From the IMG/VR virus record IMGVR_UViG_3300031088_000789: 64,000 bases of DNA. The stretch is one strand, 5' to 3'. This stretch comes from an uncultured virus (IMG/VR IMGVR_UViG_3300031088_000789). Lineage: Duplodnaviria > Heunggongvirae > Uroviricota > Caudoviricetes. The notes beneath the pieces are model-generated. The model ran no database searches. It worked only from the letters and a program-made list of their open reading frames with translations, and had not been told where the DNA came from. Shown one piece after another: positions 19,269 to 29,867 of this stretch; within the stretch, counting starts at the first letter, position 1, and each line of letters begins with the position of its first letter. The position numbers were made by a program, and so were the translations under genes.

Positions 19269-20087
19269 TTAAATTTCTATCATATCATGCACCAACAATA
19301 CCTCTTTTACGTTTTTATAGTTTGTATAGTTGGTGTCATATATTTCATTGTACATCTTGATAAATTCTTTTTGTATTTGATCTTCAGTCGCTTCGTTTGC
19401 TTTTAATACTTTTCTGATGTTTCCATTGTCTTTATGTTGGAAAAGCATTCCACCATTTGTAATAACAATTTTAATTAAACCAATGTAGATTTTTAACATT
19501 GGTGTTTTTACTTCACTTTTTGGTTCAATGTTTATACTTCTAACCGCCATTTTTTTTTCATCTTCATATATTGATCCATAATATGAATAATTAGGTAGTA
19601 AAACAGGTTTTTCAAAGAAAATTTTATCCAGTATTCTCATTTGTTGATAATAGTTTTCAACATGATTTAAATTAGTAAATGGCTTAAGATTGAGCCAATT
19701 ATTGGCACCTTCTTCTAGATGGCTTTGAATTTCTAGATCAATGGCTTTATGAATACTGGCGTCATCACTACAGTCTTCTAATGAGAAGATGTATTTAAGA
19801 CCTTCCACTGCTTGGCCTGCGGTTTCAGCTATGAAAGGATAGCCTTTTTCTAATTTAATAGATACTTCCAGTGCATCAATATTGATCCGAACATACGATT
19901 GATAATCACCATGATTAATACTAATCAGGTCATCAGCAAAGATATTGAGTAGGCGTTCAAGATTACCTTTATGTTCTTTTTTAATAACATTGCTTTCTAT
20001 AAATGAAACGTCAACATTTTTCAATTGACTTATCCACCAATGCCCCATGGTGTTTTTTTCAAGATCCAGTGGTTCAGAAGGATTCAT
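19269..20087 (-). CDS. hypothetical protein, paralog of 18441..19262
   Basis: Same shared motifs; ends HDMIEI; GAGG RBS. Confidence 0.8.
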   Translation of the reverse strand: MNPSEPLDLEKNTMGHWWISQLKNVDVSFIESNVIKKEHKGNLERLLNIFADDLISINHGDYQSYVRINIDALEVSIKLEKGYPFIAETAGQAVEGLKYIFSLEDCSDDASIHKAIDLEIQSHLEEGANNWLNLKPFTNLNHVENYYQQMRILDKIFFEKPVLLPNYSYYGSIYEDEKKMAVRSINIEPKSEVKTPMLKIYIGLIKIVITNGGMLFQHKDNGNIRKVLKANEATEDQIQKEFIKMYNEIYDTNYTNYKNVKEVLLVHDMIEI

Positions 20088-20242
20088 TCTTGTGACCTCT
20101 TTTAAAATTTATGCCTATTTTTAGACACTATATTATCAATCAAAATCTTTTAAAAATCAAGATATTTTCTTTTTTTTTAAGCTTTACCTGCCTTTTTGAT
20201 TGTGGTAAAATTATTCCATATTTCATTCCATGAGGAACTATA

Positions 20243-20626
20243 ATGCTCATTAGAAAAATTGCTGTTCATATTGCAATGGCTTCTCTATTTTTGTGTGCCG
20301 GTTCACTGTTGAACTATTTTGTGTTTAATGGTTTGCTGGGCAGTGGTGTTTATAGTGCGACTCTAGCTGCTTGTATGTATTTGCAAATTGTCCTTGGCTT
20401 GAACATGCTGCGTCTTTATAAGGCAGATCAGTCTATGACTGTGCATGAAGTTCAAGATCTTAATGTTGCCAATATGTATCTGATTGGTTTTATCACACTT
20501 TCCATCGTTGTTCTTTCTATCACGATTACTTCAAAGTTTCTTATTATGCTGGGATTCTTGGCTTATTATGGATTTTCTAGTAATTTCATTTCAAAAACGC
20601 ATGAAGTCGAATCTCGTAATGGATAA
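20243..20626 (+). CDS. membrane protein (about 4 TM)
   Basis: Four hydrophobic segments; GAGG RBS. Confidence 0.75.
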   Translation: MLIRKIAVHIAMASLFLCAGSLLNYFVFNGLLGSGVYSATLAACMYLQIVLGLNMLRLYKADQSMTVHEVQDLNVANMYLIGFITLSIVVLSITITSKFLIMLGFLAYYGFSSNFISKTHEVESRNG

Positions 20627-20709
20627 GTGGTCAGATTGCAAGCATTAAAATGTTTACAAAACCCTTGATTTTTGGTATAATCATACCATCTTAAAAGGGT
20701 TTAATCGTT

Positions 20710-21435
20710 ATGCCTAAAATCAACAGTAGCAAAAGTAATGGCACATTGTTTGAGCAAATCGGCTTGGCGTTCATCGCTGCTGCCGGTCAGCCTTACTTTG
20801 CCAATAACGGTTACATCGCTACCTCCGATGCAGACATTGCTCGTTGGGTTGAAAACGATTATGACCTTTTCACTAAATACCTCAAACCAGATGGTTTCAG
20901 CCGTGGTTGGGGTGTTCAAGGTAAAATTCATATTGGTAATATTCGCATTGATCCTGATTTCTTTGACATGGAAACTGGCAGTATTTTTGAGTTCAAGTAT
21001 CAGGAAAGCAATGGTTCGATGGTTGAAAAACTTTACAAAAACTTTTTGACCTATCAAGCTCTCAAAGAACCCTCTTTCATCGTGCATCATGGTGTTGGAT
21101 TCAATGAAAGGTTCTTTGCTTGCTTGAACGAACATCGGCAATTCATGAAACATCCAGATTTGACTCAATTCATCACTTTTAACCAGTTCATTCAAGAAAA
21201 ACTTGGTTTGGATATTGATGTTAGTAACTCTTATATGTCGATTGCTGTTGATAAAACTGCAACCGCTGCAATGCGTCGTAAACATGTTAAATTAAAGGAT
21301 TACGTTGAACGTGTCGTGTTTGACACGAAAAGCAGAAAGGAAATTGCTCGCTTCAAAACACTGCAACTGCTTGAAGACGCATCTAGCGATGGCTTCAAAG
21401 ATGACAATTTCTTTAAAAAATGCTCTTTCAACTAA
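20710..21435 (+). CDS. PD-(D/E)XK nuclease-fold protein
   Basis: G.LFE...PDF...IFEFKYQ..GS..EKL motif. Confidence 0.65.
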   Translation: MPKINSSKSNGTLFEQIGLAFIAAAGQPYFANNGYIATSDADIARWVENDYDLFTKYLKPDGFSRGWGVQGKIHIGNIRIDPDFFDMETGSIFEFKYQESNGSMVEKLYKNFLTYQALKEPSFIVHHGVGFNERFFACLNEHRQFMKHPDLTQFITFNQFIQEKLGLDIDVSNSYMSIAVDKTATAAMRRKHVKLKDYVERVVFDTKSRKEIARFKTLQLLEDASSDGFKDDNFFKKCSFN

Positions 21436-21447
21436 TTAGGATCTTTT

Positions 21448-21738
21448 ATGACTGATGTTCAAACGCTGGATTTGATTGAATCGCCTTTTACCAAAGTGAA
21501 TAAAGGGCTTGAAATTGTAGGTAATTGGCCGAAGTATATTCGTGCTCTGGCGGATGGCAGCATGGAAGAGGAACTTCGTTGTTCTTGCTTCTATTACATG
21601 CACAAACGAACGCCTAAATTGCGTTCTGAAATCATGACGGATGACATTACGGCTGGTGTGGTCAGTGTGCTTAATATCATTCAAAGGATGATTACTGAAA
21701 TTACAGGTATTCATTTACCTCCAGTTGTGGTAGAATAA
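21448..21738 (+). CDS. hypothetical protein
   Basis: AGGA RBS. Confidence 0.65.
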   Translation: MTDVQTLDLIESPFTKVNKGLEIVGNWPKYIRALADGSMEEELRCSCFYYMHKRTPKLRSEIMTDDITAGVVSVLNIIQRMITEITGIHLPPVVVE

Positions 21739-21768
21739 CCATACACAAACCAAACAGTGAGAATTTTT

Positions 21769-22152
21769 ATGGAAATCGTACAAAAAGCAATGGAAAACTT
21801 AAAAGGTGCTCGTGAAAACTTGGAAAATAGCACTCGCCTTTACAGGGAAGCGAAAACGTTGCTTCGCAAGTCGATTGGGGCTGAATATCCTCTGCTATCT
21901 CTGACGGGGCGTGACTACATCTATAGTCGAGCTTTGTGGGGTAGCCCGAAGAATGGTGTTACTGATGCTGATTTTCTTTCTCATTACACCTACATGGAAC
22001 CTTACAGTGTCGTAGTAGGTAGTGATGATGATAACTTTATGGGATTGGAAGTCGGAGCAACTTACGTCCATTTCATTCTGTTGGAACAAGATTCGAGTTG
22101 GGATGATGAAAATCCTGAATTTTGGGAATCGATGTTTATCAAAATCAGCTAA
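21769..22152 (+). CDS. hypothetical protein
   Basis: ORF followed by a terminator. Confidence 0.7.
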   Translation: MEIVQKAMENLKGARENLENSTRLYREAKTLLRKSIGAEYPLLSLTGRDYIYSRALWGSPKNGVTDADFLSHYTYMEPYSVVVGSDDDNFMGLEVGATYVHFILLEQDSSWDDENPEFWESMFIKIS

Positions 22153-22254
22153 ATATCATAATAGCGTTAATAAAAGCATCCATTAGGGTGCTTTTTTGTT
22201 GTTCGTTTTCATGATGTATGGTAAAATAGCTTATCTCAATTTAAGGATCTTTTT

Positions 22255-22752
22255 ATGGCTGACCATCCGATTCTCACACTTGTGGTTTTTCTATTAATTT
22301 TGCTGGCTGTTGTCAGTTATCTTCCATCGAAAAAAGAAATGCTTGAAACGGGACGTTGGGTTGATTTTGACGATGACTACAAAGACATGATGTCAAAAAT
22401 TACACAAGCTACTTTGCAATATGCAGACCCTATGGGTGGCCGTCATTTGATTTATCGTCACCTTGATCGTAATGCGGTGGTCAATGGCAAGCGTATTGAT
22501 GGCGTTAACGTGAGCATTAAGTTCATGTTGAAAGCTTTTGGTGATGGGCGTCAACAAATTCATGCTTACACAGAATGCCATTATGGGAAGCCTGAATTCA
22601 GTGGTGGCGAAGTGTTCCAAAACTATAACATCACCGAAAAACACTTTGAAGCAAATGCTTATGAATTCGATAAACTATGGAAAGATGTGTTGGAATATCA
22701 CTTCTCAGTTAAACTTGATGGTGAACGCGACAGCATTAAACTTACCAATTAA
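22255..22752 (+). CDS. membrane-anchored hypothetical protein
   Basis: N-terminal TM helix; AAGGA RBS. Confidence 0.75.
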   Translation: MADHPILTLVVFLLILLAVVSYLPSKKEMLETGRWVDFDDDYKDMMSKITQATLQYADPMGGRHLIYRHLDRNAVVNGKRIDGVNVSIKFMLKAFGDGRQQIHAYTECHYGKPEFSGGEVFQNYNITEKHFEANAYEFDKLWKDVLEYHFSVKLDGERDSIKLTN

Positions 22753-22844
22753 TATATAATTATCTTTTAAAACATCCTTCAGGATGTTTTTTTTGCTTAT
22801 TTAAAAAGAATATGTTATTATCAGGTAACTTGGAGATTTCATAT

Positions 22845-23066
22845 ATGACTGGACTAACATTACGAGTGGTTAAAAATGGTTCTTTTGGATCGGTAGATAC
22901 TTTTAAAATTCAACAAAAAAAGTTCCTATTCTGGTTTGATTTTAAAGAAATGGGTGTTGTTCGCACTTTTGATAGCCTTGTGATGGCCAACATGTATGCT
23001 CAGTTGAAAGCTAGGGCAACAAAAGGGACATTTGTGGATACCAAAATAAAAAACAATGTGGTATAA
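22845..23066 (+). CDS. small hypothetical protein
   Basis: GGAG RBS. Confidence 0.65.
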   Translation: MTGLTLRVVKNGSFGSVDTFKIQQKKFLFWFDFKEMGVVRTFDSLVMANMYAQLKARATKGTFVDTKIKNNVV

Positions 23067-23093
23067 TTCATCACACAATATAAGGATTGATCG

Positions 23094-23591
23094 ATGAAAT
23101 ACATTAAAGTTCAAGACACTTTCATTCTGTTTGATGAAATCACTAATCATGGTTCATTGGCCCATGCTTTTGGACAAGTAGGCGTTGTTCAATCTGCAGG
23201 CTTTGTTAAAATGTTTCCAACGTCCAATGATCTCATTCGTATGAGCTTGAGCGGTCAAAGCTCTACCTTGAAAATTAAGTCAACTTTGGAAGATCGTGAA
23301 CTGGTCGAAAAACAAATTCACATGACCAAAGACAAACCTGTTCGATTCATGTTTGCCAACACAATGTTGGTTTTATTTGCCAATGATTCTAAAATTGATG
23401 TTGAAGCCTTAATTAAAGCAGAATACCATTATCCTTTTGTGACGGGTTCTGTTTACTTCACTACGGAAGAAAGTGATAGTATGTTCCATGAGTCAGGTTG
23501 GAAAGCCGTTCCACATTTCGATGACGTTCAAGGTGGCGATATTGATGAAGCCTTGCTCTATAACATTGATTTCAATATTCGGGCAGAGTGA
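23094..23591 (+). CDS. hypothetical protein
   Basis: AAGGA RBS; TGGTATAAT promoter. Confidence 0.75.
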   Translation: MKYIKVQDTFILFDEITNHGSLAHAFGQVGVVQSAGFVKMFPTSNDLIRMSLSGQSSTLKIKSTLEDRELVEKQIHMTKDKPVRFMFANTMLVLFANDSKIDVEALIKAEYHYPFVTGSVYFTTEESDSMFHESGWKAVPHFDDVQGGDIDEALLYNIDFNIRAE

Positions 23592-23907
23592 TCTGCTTTT
23601 TATTCTTGATTTGTCCGAAGAAAATATTGGTAATAAAGCGATTGATAAATGATTGGAAGACTATCTTAATTTAGTTAGCCCATCAGGTATTTAAAAAAAA
23701 ATTAAAAAAAAAATAAGTTTCCACTTTAAATAAAACCAGCTTTTGCTGGTTTTTTATTTATGCTTGAAAAAGTTAATGTTTTGCCTATCACCTTAATTTT
23801 TAATAATTTTCTGTTTTTTACTTTCATCATCCAATTGAGAATGATTGTTATTATTGACAAATACAATTATTATGATAAAGTATGTCCAACAAACAGAGGG
23901 TATGTAT

Positions 23908-24261
23908 ATGAAAAATAACAACTTATTGATCGCTGCAGTTTTACCAATTGTTTATGGTGCCTATAAGTTCTACACTGATAAATCTTTTAAAGAAAAAGTA
24001 ACGACTAACCTAGATAAGATTTGTCATTCTGTTGATAATGGAGCACAAAAATTAAAAAGACGTGCTGGTCATGCTGAAATTGAACTTAAATCATTTTTTA
24101 ACGACGCCTATGATGAGCTAAAACTAACAGAAGAACAGATCGAAGACATTCACGAGGTTCTAAACAATAAAACGTCTGGCCTTGTGGGTAGAGTCAAAAA
24201 GCTTCTTAATGAAGATCAGAAAAAGATTTATGAAACTTCATTGCAAAAATTGAAACAATGA
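23908..24261 (+). CDS. membrane-anchored hypothetical protein
   Basis: C-terminal LT.EQ...LNEDQK motif shared with 45331..45642. Confidence 0.65.
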   Translation: MKNNNLLIAAVLPIVYGAYKFYTDKSFKEKVTTNLDKICHSVDNGAQKLKRRAGHAEIELKSFFNDAYDELKLTEEQIEDIHEVLNNKTSGLVGRVKKLLNEDQKKIYETSLQKLKQ

Positions 24262-24374
24262 ATTTTCATATTTGGCTAAGGTCGTAATACCCTTTTGAAC
24301 GGCGGTTCATAAACAATTGTATCCATCTACAATTGATTACATTTAAAAATAAACTTTCCTTTGGAGGCAATTCT

Positions 24375-24518
24375 ATGAATACACAACAGAATCAATCTCA
24401 AAAAAATGAACAAGGTAAGCAAAATCTGAAGCAGTCACAAGGTGGCCAAGCTAATACAAAACAAACTCAAAGCAAAACACAAGATAAGCAGCAAAACCCT
24501 ACTCAAAAACATAAGTAG
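24375..24518 (+). CDS. small Gln-rich protein
   Basis: GGAGG RBS; low-complexity Q/K/N. Confidence 0.55.
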   Translation: MNTQQNQSQKNEQGKQNLKQSQGGQANTKQTQSKTQDKQQNPTQKHK

Positions 24519-24912
24519 GTAATGGTAAATCCATTAAAACAAATGACCTTCGGGTCAAAAATACAGTCTAACATTCTATTAGACAAACCATTTGAAATTT
24601 CAAATACACAAAGCCCAACATGTTTGGGCTTTTGTGTTTATTAATAAAAATATGTTACAAGGATTTTTGTATTTTTAAATAATTCCAGTGGTATATCATA
24701 AAACGGTTTTTTGCACTTTTTATTATATTTAAATTGGATGTTTTTAAAACGGTTTATTTTTAATACTTGGCACATATACTAAAACGGATTTATTACATCA
24801 AAAAACACTTAAAAAAGTGACATTTTAAGAGATAGGAGCAAAAAAATGCTTTACACTTTCTTGGATTTTTGCTATACTAGCCACACATAAACAGAAAGAA
24901 CGGAGAAACACC

Positions 24913-25053
24913 ATGACTCAAGTAGCACTGACCAAAGAACAAGAAATCGAACAGGCTTATGCTCAACTGAAAGCTCAGGAGCAGAAAGATAAAGATCTCG
25001 CATGGCAGAAGGCTGATAAAGAGCTGGGACATCAGCAAAAGTCTTCGGTTTAA
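24913..25053 (+). CDS. 46-aa peptide MTQVALTKEQEIEQAYAQLKAQE..., copy 1 of 3
   Basis: Own promoter (TTTACA..TATACT), CGGAG RBS, TTCG terminator; first 23 aa identical in all copies. Confidence 0.85.
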   Translation: MTQVALTKEQEIEQAYAQLKAQEQKDKDLAWQKADKELGHQQKSSV

Positions 25054-25146
25054 CAAGTCACACAGAAAAGCGGCCTTCGGGTCGCTTTTTTCTTGCTTGA
25101 TTTTTGTGTATTTGATATAATATTGCTCTAATTTCAGGAGATTGTT

Positions 25147-25878
25147 ATGTTTATTAATCAGCCTCAAAAAAATGAATACTCTGACAGCCTGTTGAAAATG
25201 AGCTATACCTTCCCGCTTGAAGGTCATGCTTCTTCGGTTTCACTTCGTGAAGGTGATTTGGTTGCCTTTATGAAGAAATACACCCCAGAGATTGATGTTG
25301 ATGCTTATCAACAAGCTGCTCAGAAAAAGCTAATGAACGACCAGCGTTATCATCTGCAAGTTAAAGTTCGCTATCAACTTGATAAAGTATTGGAACCTGT
25401 ATTCTGTGTTGGACTTCATGACATGTCATTTTCTGATACTGATTTCTTTGCTTTGGATGGATTTAAAGATTTTGTTGAAGGTGACAATTTCCCCGCACTC
25501 TTTGAAGTAGCTGAGAATATTATTGATACCTTGTATAAAGATGGTGCTCTTTATATCACACGCGACATTGATTTTAAAGATCGTTTCTGGTCGTTTGATG
25601 ATGGGGCTGTTTTTGACACTGATTTCCATTCTCTACATTTGAAGGAAAAGGCTATTCAGGCTATCGCAGACCATATTCGTCAAGACGTTGAACTCAATGG
25701 TGAATCGACGTTGGCTAAGGCGAGAAAATCATTGGAAAATGTTTATATGGATATGTCTTTTAATAGTTTTTTGAACCAATGGCCGATGGATGTAGAGCTA
25801 TTAAAAGGTAGCGATTTGAGCTATACTACATTCAGTAAATTCCTTAAAAAGTATAACCTTATGGGTAATAACGTTTAA
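25147..25878 (+). CDS. hypothetical protein, paralog of 25892..26632
   Basis: Shared Y.F.L...DL..FM..Y.PEID...Y and W.F.DG.V. Confidence 0.8.
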   Translation: MFINQPQKNEYSDSLLKMSYTFPLEGHASSVSLREGDLVAFMKKYTPEIDVDAYQQAAQKKLMNDQRYHLQVKVRYQLDKVLEPVFCVGLHDMSFSDTDFFALDGFKDFVEGDNFPALFEVAENIIDTLYKDGALYITRDIDFKDRFWSFDDGAVFDTDFHSLHLKEKAIQAIADHIRQDVELNGESTLAKARKSLENVYMDMSFNSFLNQWPMDVELLKGSDLSYTTFSKFLKKYNLMGNNV

Positions 25879-25891
25879 AGTGAGGTAACGT

Positions 25892-26632
25892 ATGTTTATT
25901 GGTAAACAACTTCAAGTCCCTTACATTGTTGAAATTGCTCGTTTGGGTTATGAGTTCTCTTTGAAAAATGGTTGCACCGTTAAGATTGAAGGGGCTGACC
26001 TTATCCAGTTTATGACTCGCTATGTTCCTGAAATCGATATGGAACCTTATGCGGATTTTGCTACTCGTTATTTGAAATATCAACAAACTATTGATTTGCT
26101 CTATTTCATTCGTAATAAACTGAATCCTATCACTAATGACTATTTTTATGAATCATTGTATCAACTCAGTATTGATGTAGACAGTGATAGCAGTGATCGC
26201 CCACGTTTTGAGAAAATGAAAGAAGAAAAGATGGATGAGTTTCTTGAGGCTGCATTTGGGCTTTATGCCAGTGTCGTCAATCAGGAAAAAGCAAATCTTT
26301 GCCCAATTCACCCTTTTACCCATAGTTCTGCTACTCAATGGGTATTTGCTGATGGGGTTATGACTCAAAGTGACGATGAAAGTGTTATTACCTTGACGAA
26401 AAGCAGTATTGTTATGTTGACTGAGCACTTCCGCCGTGATTTTATGGTCAATGGCCCAGAAAACCTGCAATCTTTTGATAACGGCAAAATTAATGAGCAC
26501 AAATACATTTCTTTGGATTATTTCATTGAAAACTTTGAAAAAGATCTTGAAAAATTCAAAGCGGGTGGCCTTACTTTTGATGGTTTTGTTGACCTGATGG
26601 TAGGTTACAAAATTTGTGATAAATATGATTAA
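25892..26632 (+). CDS. hypothetical protein, paralog of 25147..25878
   Basis: Same shared motifs; GAGGT RBS. Confidence 0.8.
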   Translation: MFIGKQLQVPYIVEIARLGYEFSLKNGCTVKIEGADLIQFMTRYVPEIDMEPYADFATRYLKYQQTIDLLYFIRNKLNPITNDYFYESLYQLSIDVDSDSSDRPRFEKMKEEKMDEFLEAAFGLYASVVNQEKANLCPIHPFTHSSATQWVFADGVMTQSDDESVITLTKSSIVMLTEHFRRDFMVNGPENLQSFDNGKINEHKYISLDYFIENFEKDLEKFKAGGLTFDGFVDLMVGYKICDKYD

Positions 26633-26702
26633 AATGCTTTACAAGAAACCCGTTTTTCGCTATACTAAACACACACAAACAACGATGTAACGGAGAAATA
26701 CC

Positions 26703-26837
26703 ATGACTCAAGTAGCACTGACCAAAGAGCAAGAAATCGAACAAGCCTACGCTCAACTGAAGGCTCAGGAAAAACAAGAACGTGATGCGGTGTGGGAACG
26801 TGCCGAAGCGGATCAGAGCAAAGGCAAAGACGAATAA
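26703..26837 (+). CDS. 44-aa peptide MTQVALTKEQ..., copy 2 of 3
   Basis: Same promoter, leader and terminator layout as copy 1. Confidence 0.85.
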   Translation: MTQVALTKEQEIEQAYAQLKAQEKQERDAVWERAEADQSKGKDE

Positions 26838-26963
26838 AACCGTCAAGCTATACAATGAAAAAGCCCTTTACGGGGCTTTTTTTTGTTTCTAATCAACTAT
26901 TATTTTGTTTTGATATCTGCTATAATACAAACTCATTATATGCTTAATTAAAAGGTATCTTTT

Positions 26964-27338
26964 ATGTCTGATTTTCCTAAATACCGTTATAGTGCTGTTG
27001 CTCGACAAGAAGGAGAACGTGGCTTGTTGGAGGTTAATCTCTATACCAATCAGTCAAGAGTTCAACCTGTTATCACCATTAAAGCCTTTGTTACTCAGTT
27101 GAATCGAAAGGATGTCGATCCTATTTTGGACCTCAAAGTGGGCGTTTTCCAAACGTTTAAGAATGGTGCCTTCCATGACTGTGATGATGACAATTACGCT
27201 GTTATGCACAAGGAAGCTATGGAGCTTGTTCAAGTTATTGAAGAAAAGTTTCTGTCAGGTACAATTGAGCCGGTTTCACTGATGATGTTTGTTCATCCAA
27301 CATTAGTTTATGGTCTTTCCGGGGCCGTAGCCGAGTAA
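26964..27338 (+). CDS. hypothetical protein
   Basis: TGCTATAAT promoter; terminator follows. Confidence 0.75.
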   Translation: MSDFPKYRYSAVARQEGERGLLEVNLYTNQSRVQPVITIKAFVTQLNRKDVDPILDLKVGVFQTFKNGAFHDCDDDNYAVMHKEAMELVQVIEEKFLSGTIEPVSLMMFVHPTLVYGLSGAVAE

Positions 27339-27427
27339 ATGTTTAAAAGGGGCCTTCGGGCCTTTTTTGTTACTTGTTATTTTTTATTGGTTTGTTACTA
27401 TAACAATAATAACATCTTAGTTTAATT

Positions 27428-27592
27428 ATGAAAATGATGAAACCAAAAACTTCACTGATTATTATTGCATCATCCATAACAATTCTTGCTGTTACTTATG
27501 CCATCCTTTATTTCACAGGTGAGCTTGATCGCATTGTTGACTTTAATGAATGTGATAGACATGTAGGCTATTATCATCCGTGTGCGAACTAA
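27428..27592 (+). CDS. small membrane protein (54 aa)
   Basis: MKMMKPKTSLIIIASSITILAVTYAILYF...; read by hand. Confidence 0.5.
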   Translation: MKMMKPKTSLIIIASSITILAVTYAILYFTGELDRIVDFNECDRHVGYYHPCAN

Positions 27593-27671
27593 TATCTCTT
27601 GAATATCCATTAAAGTGTTATTGATTTATTCCGCAAATTTTGGTATAATTCAGTATCTTATTGTAGGTGCC

Positions 27672-28118
27672 ATGATTATGCCAACGACTCAATTGCGTTT
27701 TACTGGATTTAAAGACCCCACGGGTTTAGATATTTTTGAAGGTGATTACCTTATCCTTACCGTTAGTGATTTGAGCTTTGAACAACGTGAAAAACGTGAC
27801 CTCAATCGTCTTACTGCTGCCTATGATATTCGTTATATTCAAGCATACATTACGCCAACTGGCCAGCTTCGTTATGACATTGACCTAATTTTGGTTGATT
27901 CAAACCATAGAGCATTGACAACAGCAGAATATTTTTATCTTGATGAAGAAGATAAAACCATCACACTTGAAGAATTTACTGCACTCTACATTAAAGATTT
28001 CATTAAAAATGATATTTTTCGTGAGACAACTCATAAAAACTTCCAAATGTTGAAAAATATTGTTGATGATAAACTTTGGTTCAAAAAACCTGCACTTGTG
28101 AATCGGGAGAAACAATAA
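27672..28118 (+). CDS. hypothetical protein with YopX-like N-terminal motif
   Basis: FTGFKD..G.DIFEGD. Confidence 0.6.
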   Translation: MIMPTTQLRFTGFKDPTGLDIFEGDYLILTVSDLSFEQREKRDLNRLTAAYDIRYIQAYITPTGQLRYDIDLILVDSNHRALTTAEYFYLDEEDKTITLEEFTALYIKDFIKNDIFRETTHKNFQMLKNIVDDKLWFKKPALVNREKQ

Positions 28119-28582
28119 TGATTGAATCTGGTCTGTTTGATAATAAAAATAACCCTATTTGTCAGGGCCAACATTTCTTATTCACTATCCCTGATGATGT
28201 TTTTACTACCGATCATAATACTTTTTATGGTGGTAATTTGGGTAAAGAAATGAAAGCCATTGGTGCTCGCTATTTCTTGATGTATGTCATTCCAACCGAT
28301 TTCTTGTCGCTTCGATTGGCAAATTGCTATCTAAATGATGATATGGTTCCGTTTACGATTAATGATCATATTCGTGTTTTCAATCATGATGCGAAATACT
28401 TTTCTCATGACGGTATTGATCTTTTGACTGTGGATAAAAACCAAGCATATGTTACATTTGCAGAAGATGCCTTCTCTTTTGTAAAATATTTAGTGAGTAA
28501 AGGCTGGCTGGTATATGAACCCAACCCTTCTTTTGACTTATCCAAAGTAGAAGTGACTTACAAATATTTTTTGAAAGCTTAA
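28118..28582 (+). CDS. hypothetical protein related to the upstream ORF
   Basis: SGLFD..N.PI.QG; TAATG coupling. Confidence 0.65.
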   Translation: MIESGLFDNKNNPICQGQHFLFTIPDDVFTTDHNTFYGGNLGKEMKAIGARYFLMYVIPTDFLSLRLANCYLNDDMVPFTINDHIRVFNHDAKYFSHDGIDLLTVDKNQAYVTFAEDAFSFVKYLVSKGWLVYEPNPSFDLSKVEVTYKYFLKA

Positions 28583-28628
28583 AAAGAAAACCACCTAGAA
28601 AGGTGGTTTTTTAGTTGGATCTATTTTT

Positions 28629-28811
28629 TCAGTTTCCTGAAAAATCTGTATTATTGTATGCTTCGTCTGAAATAGCGTTTCCTACTTTTTTATCAATTAT
28701 GTATTCCAGTTCTTCCAGCAATCCTGCAGCTTTAAACTTTTCAAAAACTTCGTTGCATTTTACAACATCTTCCGGCTTATCTTGCCAGTGATATAAGTCT
28801 TCTTTTACCAT
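28629..28811 (-). CDS. small hypothetical protein
   Basis: AGGAG RBS on the minus strand. Confidence 0.6.
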   Translation of the reverse strand: MVKEDLYHWQDKPEDVVKCNEVFEKFKAAGLLEELEYIIDKKVGNAISDEAYNNTDFSGN

Positions 28812-28969
28812 TTTAACAGACTCCTACTCAAAAAATTATTGTCATTATTCTACCAAATTTCATTTCTATCGTCAACTAAAATTAAGTTTTATCATTTTGA
28901 AAAAAGATGTTGTCAGAAAATCCATTTTTTGCTATACTCACCTTATCGAATATACATGGAATACTTATC

Positions 28970-29404
28970 ATGATGACCAAAACAGAACAGGCTCAAATCT
29001 GGACCAATGCTGATTTCGATGCCTTACTCAGTGGGTTTAAAACCGCATTGGGGTTGATGGACGGCTATTATAGCACCAGTGAAACAGCAGATGACCTTCG
29101 CCAACTCTATGAAAAATTTCAACAGCAGCGAGATGATTTGGACCCTGTTGTTGCTTCCACTTTGCACAATGCTAAATGCAAAATCTGTAATAAAGAGTTC
29201 ATTCGTTCTGGTAACGGTAAGTTGTTGAATGCCATTGAACAGAATGGTGCAGTGATGAGTCATATCATGAACTTTCATGGAATTCATGACTATGATGTTC
29301 GTAGAAAGCACTTGCAAAAAGCGGGCGTAACTCGTGTAACGTATGCTAACCGTAATGAGTTCAATCGAGGTAATGTTCAAAGCGAACGCCGAGACAAAAA
29401 ATAA
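28970..29404 (+). CDS. hypothetical protein with possible C2H2-like Zn finger
   Basis: CKIC...H...H. Confidence 0.65.
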   Translation: MMTKTEQAQIWTNADFDALLSGFKTALGLMDGYYSTSETADDLRQLYEKFQQQRDDLDPVVASTLHNAKCKICNKEFIRSGNGKLLNAIEQNGAVMSHIMNFHGIHDYDVRRKHLQKAGVTRVTYANRNEFNRGNVQSERRDKK

Positions 29405-29483
29405 AATTGATTTAAAAATGCTTTACAGAAATTTCGATTTAAACTATACTACCTCACATAAACAGAAACAACGGAGAAACACC

Positions 29484-29618
29484 ATGACTCAAGTAGCATT
29501 GACCAAAGAACAAGAAATCGAACAAGCCTATGCTCAACTGAAAGCTCAGGAAAAACAAGAGCGTGATGCAGTATGGGAACGTGTCGAAGCTGATCAAAAC
29601 AAAGCAAGCGTTAGCTAA
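29484..29618 (+). CDS. 44-aa peptide MTQVALTKEQ..., copy 3 of 3
   Basis: Same promoter and leader cassette. Confidence 0.85.
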   Translation: MTQVALTKEQEIEQAYAQLKAQEKQERDAVWERVEADQNKASVS

Positions 29619-29639
29619 CGCTTTGATAAGGGTTCTATC

Positions 29640-29819
29640 ATGATTTTACAATGGGCTGGTTTCCTTCTTTTGTTAGTTATTGGTTTCGCTTTATTCATGA
29701 GTGGGCTTTTAAACTTACTAGGTAGCGGTGACAGAACTGGTTCAGAGTTTAGAATTCAGAATGTGATTCAATGCTTTCTAGGTTGTGCTCTTTTTGCTGG
29801 TGTCTTTTTCTTAAAGTGA
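29640..29819 (+). CDS. small two-TM membrane protein
   Basis: MILQWAGFLLLLVIGFALF...; read by hand. Confidence 0.55.
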   Translation: MILQWAGFLLLLVIGFALFMSGLLNLLGSGDRTGSEFRIQNVIQCFLGCALFAGVFFLK

Positions 29820-29867
29820 ACTGCAAAAAAAGCTTGATTGCTTGATTCAAATTTGATAGAATAGCTT

